A stretch of DNA of 64,000 bases from Eledone cirrhosa. Taxonomy: Eukaryota. Under the pieces are notes generated by a model. It saw only the letters and a list, made by a program, of their open reading frames with translations, was not told where the DNA came from and made no database searches. A program made the position numbers and the translations under genes. Location: positions 32,240,001 to 32,304,000 of the forward strand of contig OZ024752.1 of assembly GCA_964016885.1 (NCBI GenBank), given 5' to 3'. Position 1 is the stretch's first letter, and every line of letters begins with the position of its first letter. This document shows, piece after piece, positions 54,153 through 64,000 of the stretch.

Positions 54153-54326
54153 TATTTATGTGTACTTAATACATACTTGGCCTCACCAACCCTCAATTGG
54201 TCAGATGTGGTGAGTATAGCTTCACCTCTGACATGACAAATACCAAAAAGAAAGTGTCGGAGGTCAACCAAGGAGAGGTTCCTCCAACAGAAGTGAGAAG
54301 TCCCTGGATTGGATTGGAATACATAC

Positions 54327-54431
54327 CTGGGGTACATGGAACATACACGTTACTTGATTGCAGTTCCCAGAAGATGCCACGGCCAGCATGCCGTGATGCT
54401 TCACTTCCATGTGTGATAACTCGATGCAAAG
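54327..54431 (-). CDS. ARM-TIR-SAM gene exon (105 bp): last ARM helix and linker, ALHRVITHGSEASRHAGRGIFWELQSSNVYVPCTP
   Basis: Acceptor ttgttattgcag and consensus donor CCAG|gtatgt. Phase 1-1, in frame with both neighbours. AGRGIFWEL is an ARM helix-3 type motif. Confidence 0.8.
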
Positions 54432-55767
54432 CTGCAATAACAAGAAGATACACTGAATAGTTTGAAACGGGGGTTAAAATAGACAACTTCCAGAAATTAG
54501 TTTTATAGTAATAGTAAAGACATTTAAAATAAAATACCAGTAATGCACTGGGGCCATTTTAAGTGACTTTTCCCTCCCCTCAAATTGTTGGTCTTGTGCC
54601 TAAGTCAGAAGGATTGGCAGTATCGGTAGAGGCTCGGACACCATGCTTTGCAGCATAGTTACGTCCCTTTACGATCTGAGTTCAAATCCCGCCGAGGTTG
54701 ACTTTGCCTTTCATCCTTACGGGGTCGATAAAATAAAGTACCAGTAATGCACTGGGTAATTGCTGGCCTTGTGCCTAAAGTAGAAACAATTATTATTATA
54801 ATGGTAGAGCGGTGGATTGTCAGTATCGGTAGAAGGTCGGACGCAAAGAGTTACGGCCCTTTATGGTCTGAGTTCAAATGCCACCGAGGTTAACTTTGCT
54901 TTTCATCTTATGGGGTCGATAAAATAAAGTACCAGTAATGCACTGGGATAATTACTGGCCTTGTGCCTAAAGTAGAAACAATTATTATTATTATGTTCAG
55001 AGTATATAATGTCAGTTTTCCCTTCTAGTATATATATATATATATATATATAAATATATATTTATTAAAATAACAGATCAAAGTTTAAGCAAAGAATCGC
55101 TGCTTTCACCCGTAATGGGATCTGAGTTCAGAAGATTCCGTTAAGGGTGAAAGCAACAATTCTTTGCTTAAACTTTAATCTGTTATTTTAATAACTTTTA
55201 TACTCTGCTATGTATTGAGTACCTTACTTACTGTGGTTACCTCTGATTCAACCCGGAATAACTTACCAATATATATATATATATATATATATTAGGTATT
55301 AATTTAACAATGAAAATAATTGTTTCTACTTTTGGCACAAGGCCAGCAATTACCCAGTGCATTACTGGTACTTTATTTTATCGACCCCGTAAGGATGAAA
55401 GGCAAAGTCAACCTCGGCGGGATTTGAACTCAGATCGTAAAGGGACTTAACTATGCTGGAAAGCATGGCGTCCGACTCTCTACCGATACTGCCAATCCAC
55501 CGCCTATTATTTAACAATGAAAATAATAACAACAAAGTTGTGTTATTTTACCTATTCGTATCATTGTTTTACGATAAAACAATGAGACGAATAGATAAAA
55601 TAACTTGACTTTGTTGTTATTATTTTCATTGTTAAATTATTACCTAATATCTGACTCTATATCTAAGGAACATGGAACCTTTCTACGGATTTCACTGGAT
55701 TACTCGCCATCAAATTACATTGAGTTCTATCTCCGGTACAGACCCGACCACCAAGGGTAGACCACTG

Positions 55768-55802
<35 letters not shown>

Positions 55803-58484
55803 TAATCATTTTTTTTTATCATTTATTTTGTTTTGACCTGTTTAGCTTGATTTGCTTTTTGGCTTAGGTGGTTAATGCTTTCTTGACCACTTTTTCAGTT
55901 TTGTATGGCGTTTTAAGATATTGTTTAGCTCTGGTTTTTTAACTATGGAGTGCTTGCCAGCAAAATTCTGATTTTTGCGTTTCGTTTCGCTTTTTCTTCC
56001 GGCCGAAATGCGATTCTCGCTGAATTTATATAGAGCATTGGCCTTGCAATTGAAAGGTTGTGAGTTCAATTCTCAGACCGGGTGATGTGTTGTTTCCTTG
56101 AGCAAGACACTTTATTTCACATTGCTCCAGTTTACTCAGCTGTAGAAATGAGATGATAGGGACCCCAGTCCCTATCATTCCACTGCAAAGTGGTCGTGGA
56201 GGTGCCACAGCAAAAAAGCACCCAGCACTCACTGTAAATGAGATTAGTGTCAGGAAGGGCATCCAGCTGTAGAAATCAAGCCAGAATCAGTTCCCGTCCC
56301 ACCCTTGCAAGCAGGGAAAAGTGGATGTAAAATGAAATGATGATGAATGATGAATATATATATTATTCTTTTACACACACACATATCCCTCTCTCTTATA
56401 TATATATAATATATATATATATATTTGTGTGTGTGCGTGACAACTATAACCAATATATTAATGGAAATTGTATTACAATCCTGAAATGGTCGAAAGCTAA
56501 ATTCAACCATGAGACTATTTGAACTCAGAATATAAATGGTGTAAACAAAACAGTTATTTTATCAATCACAAGCTGTATTGTCTTGATAGCATTTCTTCCA
56601 CATATATATTGATTAACAATTGACATATTTAACAATCTGCAGATGTCCCATTGTTCTATTTTCAATATATATTGATTTTATTTTTCATTAGGTATACAAC
56701 CAATCTTTTAAGATGAGTCATATTATCGATTGCACTAACCCAAGTATATTACTGGTTCTTCTCTTATCAATTCAGAAGGAATAAATGACAAAGTCAACCC
56801 TGTGGCACTATTAACCCTTTCATGACCATATTTCTAATGAAATACAATCTATTTCAATTAATTAAAGGAGAATTTTGAGGGGTTACTAAAATTATTAACT
56901 ATTTCATTACTAAGATAGTAACTTAACCCATTAGCATTTAAACTGGCCATATCCGGCCAGAATTTTCTAACCTCTTTCTCCTCAAACCAGTAATAACCAG
57001 CAGCTCATTTATTTTAAGATATTGTTCTCAAAATACATAATATAAAAGTCTTGTAGATTCAATATTATATGAGATAATTATATAAAATAGTGTTTACCAT
57101 GAAAATACAATAGTGTATATAGAGTAATGTAAATGCTAAAGGGTTAATGTAAGGTTCTTATATAAATTTATGTTAGAAGATTTTGATTCGAATTGGAAAC
57201 CTTTAAAATGGATGGTTTTAGTTCATAGAACCAGAGTCGGTTTTGGCCAGGTTGGTAACTAAAGGGTTAAAATCAATTGTAGAGAGACGAAACAAATGGC
57301 TGTAAAGAAATACCTGGGTAGGATCTCAAGATATTGAACTTTACAAAGGAGATGACAGAGAAAAGTGAGAATTGGAGAGATGAGATCCAGTACTGGAAAA
57401 GACATTTCTAATCCATGCAAACATAGAAAAACAGGTGTAAATGATGATGATAATAATGATAAATTTAGTTCAAAATTCTATTTTTCTCAAATCTCTATTC
57501 AACTTATTTAATTTCTATACAAATATGATTCGGAAAATCTTGCTGTGTTTTGCATTCAATCCTTTTCAAATGGTTAGGATCCTTGACATCGGATTGTAAT
57601 CCTGTTGGTTCAATTCCTGAACAAGCAGCAGCTTTGTGTTCTTGAGCAAAAAGCTTTATTTCATATTATGCTCCAGTACACCCAGCTCAGAGTGAGTACC
57701 AGCAGTACCTGGGGAGTTAATTCTGTGACAGACCAGTGTCTTATCCAGGGAGTGTCTTGAACTCTCAGTCACTGAACGCCAAGGAAATCAAGTACTGGCC
57801 TGATGAACCTTTGGCTTAGAACAGACATTAATTAATTAACTAACTTAATTGAGATAAATAGAGTAATATATAATAATAATGAAATTATTGTGTAAAGTGC
57901 TCAGGTGCACTACAACTCGTCAATATAGTACATAGAATAATACACAAATGTCAGGGAAGTACATGTGTGTATGTGTTAGCTGTAGTGTTGGCGGATCTCG
58001 GGAAGCTTAAGAAGAACACTGTATTTATAGAAATATAAGTCTATCAAGTTCCACAACATCAAAAAACTATACAGTGAAATTCTGTTATAACGAAATTCCA
58101 AGGTATAAAAAAAATTTGTTGTAACAAAAATATCTTTATAACGAGATCTACCGAAACAAATTGAGTGTTTGTTTGTTATTAACTCAGGGATTGAAAAAAA
58201 AATTCATTATATTGAAAAATTTAGTATATTCATTTTAATGGTATTAATATAATACAAATATAGCATTTGAATTCTTAAGTTACTAATCCAGTATTTTAAT
58301 AATTGAGGCTCAGCTCTTCTCTGAATGAACATTATGTCTATATAAAATTATAACATCAAAAACATTTGTTAATCCTATGAATCGTATTATTTTAAATATT
58401 TTATCAAAACAGGAAAGAACATAATTCTAAGAATTGATAATATATATTGATAATGTATATGTATGTATATGTATATATATATAT

Positions 58485-58958
58485 ATATTGTTATACTTTG
58501 GGAGGGTCATGTTGCCAATAAGAAACACACGCACCAGTTGCTTTCACTTCAATTTATTATAATAAATTTATAAATCCAGGAATATATAAATTTCCGGTTG
58601 GTTGGTTGGTTCCACAACCAGATGATTGTTCATATATTGTCAAAGTTCTTTCGTCACACATTCTGTGACCTCTTCAATGACTGGGGATTCTTTTCTTTGT
58701 TTTTGTGCCTCTCCTTTGTTCTGTCCTATGCCATCTTGTTTTTGTGTGAGTTCACACACACAAAAACAAGATGTGTGACGAAAGTGTGACGAAAGAACTT
58801 TGACAATATATGAACAATCATCTGGTTGTGGAACCAACCAACCAACTGGAAATTTATAAATTCCTAAATTTATAAATTTATTATAATAAATTGAAGTGAA
58901 AGCAACTGGTGCGTGTGTTTCGTATTGGCAACATGACCCTCCCAAAGTATAACAATAT
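58485..58958. mobile_element. About 470-bp palindromic element with termini related to 23189-23730
   Basis: TATTGTTATACTTTGGGAGGGTCATG ... CATGACCCTCCCAAAGTATAACAATA, with arms of about 175 bp. Confidence 0.85.
58639..58681 (-). ncRNA. Hammerhead-like motif (C3>U variant) in a fold-back element
   Basis: Reads GTCA-TTGAAGA-G-GTCACA gaatg TGTGAC-GAAA-GAAC-TT-TGAC. Stem I is 4 bp and the 6-bp stem II co-varies with the 23.5-kb copy. Confidence 0.45.
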
Positions 58959-59012
58959 CGGTTTCAACACGCGTTTTCAGATAAAGAATCTTGCTAAACA
59001 AATTCAGAAACG

Positions 59013-59059
<47 letters not shown>

Positions 59060-59234
59060 TAGAAAAGGCATCTAGCTGTAGAAACCAAGCCCAAATTAGT
59101 TCTGTATGAGCAAGACATAGTTACCTGACCTCCTGGCATTTCTCACAACAGGACAACTCATCTAACCCATGCTAATGTGGAAAAATGGACATTATATGGT
59201 GATGATGATGATGATGATGATGATATATATTTAC

Positions 59235-60266
59235 CTTCAAGACATCCTGGTTCTTTTTGGATTAATGCTTTGTTCTTGCCATTGAAAGAAAGTGCCCAAA
59301 GTCCATTTATAACTAAAAGTATTTCTTCTTCTGAAAGGGGATTATTTATATATAGATTTTCTTCTTGTAAAAGCCTAACATAGAATGTTAAAATACCATT
59401 TTGAACCAGTTGCACTTTGTTGACATCACTTGCAGACAGGTTAAATAAACTCCTGAGAATTTCTGTTACACACATACCATATTTGCTACTGAAGTGATTT
59501 GGGGAGTTCAAAGCTTTGTCAAAAATATCTAAAATGAAACAGAGCAGGTCACTGTTCGAATTAAGTAATTCGCTCTCTGTCTCATCAACAACATACGAGA
59601 GTACGATGAGAGACTTTGCACGGATCATGTCGAGATCCGACTTGAACAAATGTTGAAGAGCTCTAACTCCTCCACACTCGCGCAGAAGTAAACGGCCATC
59701 ACTGTTGTGGCGCACAACATTGTTCATGATACCTAGAATAGCTTTCACATAGTATTGTTTCTTGTCATCCTCAGAGTATCGTGTGTTTGAAACATTCACA
59801 AGAGCATGCAAGAGTATTGAAATTAAACCATTGTCACAAACATCTTGACAAACTTCACTGTTTATATCACATGTATTCCAGAGAACTGACAGACTTTTCT
59901 TCAGTTTCCGCCACTGTTTTATACTATCTTTGTGAAAGATGTGAACTTGGTGTACACAGAGCCAAATGTTTTTGAAAATTTTGACAAACTTTGATTGGTA
60001 AAGACATAAGGCCACCGATTTTCGTATATGTATGTTTGGATTGTACTGCGAGGCTTCCCACACAACTTTTATATCATTATAACAGTCTGTGTTGAGTATA
60101 TCAATATCTTCTGGAGTGCTGAGTCTTTTCAAACACTGATTCACTTTCAGTAATACTTCTTCCAGACATATATTAGCTTTGTTTTGTGGCGATGATGGTA
60201 ATTTTTCGTTTGTCTCAATGAGCGCCTCGTTACTCTTCGACGATTGTTTGCTTGAACATTTTCCAT
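59235..60266 (-). CDS. ARM-TIR-SAM gene, first visible coding exon (1032 bp): N-terminal extension plus armadillo/HEAT-like helical repeats
   Basis: Acceptor ttttcttcag ends at 60267 and donor GAAG|gtaaat starts at 59234. The frame is open from 60264 (GKCSSKQSS...). ARM-like motifs: LSVLWNTCD, AILGIMNNVVRH, LRECGGVRALQHL, LRSLFNLSASDVNKVQLVQNGIL, INGLWALSFNGKNKALIQKEPGC. The start codon is not resolved. Confidence 0.9.
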
Positions 60267-61178
60267 CTGAAGAAAAATAAAATAAAATAAAATAAAATTA
60301 AATTCAATTGAAATTAGATAAATAATTCAGATACAGCCATCATTACATATTTTAGTAAAAGGGCGGTGGATTGGCAGTATCGGTAGAGGGTCGGACGTCA
60401 TGCTTTGCAGCATAGAGTTATGCCCCTTTGCGGTCTGAGTTCAAATCCCGCCAAGGTTAACTTTGCCTTTCATCCTTACGGGATCGATAAAATAAAGTAC
60501 CAGTAATGTACTGGGATAATTGCTGGCCTTGTGCCAAAAATAGAAACAATTACATATTTTAGTAAAATATTATCATTAGAGCAAATAAGTGATATTTAGT
60601 GCCTGCACATTATAAACCAATACTTTGAGAACATTTCACCAAAGTATGATATAACCTTTTGATTTTTCACTACACTTTATATACAGCCTGTACACAATAA
60701 TGTATACACACTTTGATTTCCTATATAGGTAATATTTATTAGAATGCTGTTGAAGTGCATATACATTTTTGGGGGGCACATATATATATATATTGTTATA
60801 CTTGGGGAGGGTCATATTGTTATAATATTGCCAGAAATAATAACAGAACACACTCATTATTTGGTTTGGGTTGGTTTTCGCTTCTGTATCTTTTATATCT
60901 CCATAGTTAATTTATTTGGCAATAAATGTTTATCATTGATTGACTAACGGTTAAAAATACAGATATATATATCTATAAGTTTACCCCGGGTTCAATCGAG
61001 GGTAACCAGTGAGTAAGGTACTCAATACATAGCAGAGTATAAATATTTAATATAGAAATGGCTTCTACAGGACTAGAACTGTTTCATTCGGGAGAAATGA
61101 TCAGGAATCCCTGATAATTTCTCTCGAATGAAACAGTTCTAGTCCTGTAGAAGCCATTTCTATATTAAAAAAAAAAAA

Positions 61179-61211
<33 letters not shown>

Positions 61212-62544
61212 AAGATAGATAGATAGATAGATAGATGAGAGAAAAAGAGAGAGAATTTTTCCCCTACTTATCATGAAACTAGTATCTATATAAGTCAGTA
61301 AATAGATACCTTGCTGTTTGCTATGACTCTAGCATCAGGTATTTACATTGTTCTACTTTAATGATAGCTTTTAGGCTGAGGTTATTTTTACTTTGAAGAT
61401 TAAATATTAACAGCTTCTTGATACATCAGAGGAAGAAGAAATATAAAATCACCTGTCACCTGTAATCTACAAAGAGGAACTTTTTAACACAATTTACCAG
61501 AGATGATGATAATAATAATAATAATTGTTTCTACTTTTGGCACAAGGCCAGCAATTACCCAGTGCATTACTGGTACTTTATTTTATCGACCCCGTAAAGA
61601 TGAAAAGACAAAGTTAACCTCGGCGGGATTTGAACTCTGATCGTAAAGGGAGGTAACTATGCTGGAAAGCATGGCGTCCGACCCTCTACCGATACTGCCA
61701 AATAATAATAATTGTTTCTACTTTTAGGCACAAGGCCAGCAATTATCCCAGTGTATTACTGGTACTTTATTTTATCGACCCCGTAAGACTTAAACGCAAA
61801 GTCAACCTCGGCGGGATTTGAACTCAGATCGTAAAAGGACATAACTATGCTGGAAAGCATGGCGTTCGACCCTCTACCGATCCAATAATAATTGTTTCTA
61901 CTTTTGGCACAAGGCCGGCAATTATCCAGTACATTACTGGTACTTTATTTTATCGACCCCGTATGGATGAAAGGCAAAGTTGATAATAATGATTTCATTT
62001 ATTAGCCACAAGGGCCGACATGTAGGGGGACAATACAAAGACAGGGACAGTGGGGGGTTACAATAAGGTCGAGTAAAAGTGCACAATGGCAATAATAATA
62101 ATAATTGTTTCTTTATTGGCCACAAGGGCTGACATCAACATAATAATAATTGTTTCTACTTTAGGCACAAGGCCAGCAATTACCCAGTGCATTACTGGTA
62201 CTTTATTTAATCGACCCCGTAAGGATGAAAGGCAAAGTCAACCTCGGCGGGATTTGAACTCAGATCGTAAAGGGACGTAACTATGCTAGAAAGCATGGCG
62301 TCCGACCCTCTACCGATACTGCCAATCCAAATGATGAGGTGATGATGGTGGTGATGATGGCGGTGGGGGTTGTTATAATAGTGATGATGATGATGATGGT
62401 GATGATGGAAAAACAAAGTGATATCAATACCTACTGCAACTAAATTCATGCACTTTACCAAATCTGTACGATGGAAACAACAATAACAACAATAACAACC
62501 ACAAATAAAGAACATGGAAACAAAAAGAGTAACTAAACTAATAG

Positions 62545-64000
62545 CAGCACCACCGCCACCATCACACCACCACCACCACCCCTTACCACCAACACCACCA
62601 CCACCCCTTCACCACTCCTCTAGCGGCACCACCACCACCCCTTCACCACTCCTCTAGCGGCACCACCACCACCATCCCTTCACCACTCCTCTAGCGCCAC
62701 CACCACCATCCCTTCACCACTCATTTAGCACCACCACCACCACCACCACCACATCCCTTCACCACTCCTCTAGCGGCACCACCACCACCATCCCTTCACC
62801 ACTCCTCTAGCGCCATCACCACCATCCCTTCACCACTCATTTAGCACCACCACCACCACCACCACATCCCTTCACCACTCCTCTAGCGCCACCACCACCA
62901 CCATCCCTTCACCACCACCACCACCACTTCACCACCACCATCCCTTCACCACTCCTCTAGCGCCACCACCACCACCACTTCACCACTCCTCTAGCGCCAC
63001 CACCACTTCACCACTCCTCTAGCGCCACCACCACCATCCCTTCACCACCACCACTTCACCACTCCTTTAGCACCACCACCATCCCTTCACCACTCCTCTA
63101 GCGCCACCACCACCACCAGCATCCTTTCACCACCACCAACAACAACAACACCCCCAGCACCACCACAACATCACCAGCAACAACAACAACAGCACCGCCA
63201 CAAACAATAAAAAAACCCACTCAACACTACCACCACCACCACCACACCACCAAGAACACCACCACCACCACCACCACCACAATCACTCTTAGCACCACCA
63301 TAACAACACCACCACCACCACCACCACCACCACAATCACTCTTAGCACCCCCATAACAACACCACCACCACCACAATCACTCTTAGCACCACCATAACAA
63401 CACCACCACCACCACCACCACCACCACAATCACTCTCAGCACCTCCATAACACCACCAGCACCACCACAATCACTCTTAGCACCCCCATAACAACACCAC
63501 CACCACCACAATCACTCTTAGCACCCCCATAACAACACCACCACCACCACAATCACTCTTAGCACCACCATAACAACACCACCACCACCACAATCACTCT
63601 TAGCACCACCATAACAACACCACCACCACCACAATCACTCTTAGCACCCCCATAACAACACCACCACCACCACAATCACTCTCAGCACCCCCATAACAAC
63701 ACCACCACCACCACAATCACTCTTAGCACCCCCATAACAACACCACCACCACCACAATCACTCTTAGCACCCCCATAACAACACCACCACCACCACAATC
63801 ACTCTTAGCACCCCCATAACAACACCACCACCACCACAATCACTCTTAGCACCCCCATAACAACACCACCACCACCACAATCACTCTCAGCACCCCCATA
63901 ACAACACCACCACCACCACAATCACTCTTAGCACCCCCATAACAACACCACCACCACCACAATCACTCTTAGCACCCCCATAACAACACCACCACCACCA
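62545..64000. repeat. ACC-rich array ending in a 41-bp minisatellite that runs off the window
   Basis: Unit aatcactcttagcacccccataacaacaccaccaccaccac from about 63280 onward. Confidence 0.95.

Noticed and set aside
22979-60266. Calling the gene SARM1 or MyD88
   Set aside because: The domain order (TIR before a single SAM, no death domain) and the TIR motifs differ, so no symbol was assigned.

Overview
AT-rich, repeat-saturated eukaryotic genomic DNA. The SINE, LINE and microsatellite make-up looks like an octopod cephalopod, which is an inference. The long ORFs in the track are translations of simple or tandem repeats, not genes. One real protein-coding gene can be assembled on the minus strand from 7 GT-AG exons (60266 to 22979, 1859 coding nt, about 620 codons). 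It encodes armadillo-like repeats, a TIR_2-type TIR domain that keeps the putative catalytic Glu (SPNCRTE), and a C-terminal SAM-like domain. These are the SARM1 domain types in a different order (ARM-TIR-SAM). The first visible residues, GKCSSK, are one G short of an MGKCSSK myristoylation start. Several palindromic fold-back elements carry type I hammerhead ribozyme motifs of the Penelope-like retroelement kind, two of them apparently intact (15452-15516 minus, 17660-17724 plus). The rest is tRNA-derived SINEs, RTE and CR1 LINE fragments, piggyBac- and Tc1-type MITEs, and kb-sized mini/microsatellites, several of which visibly arose from pieces of those elements.
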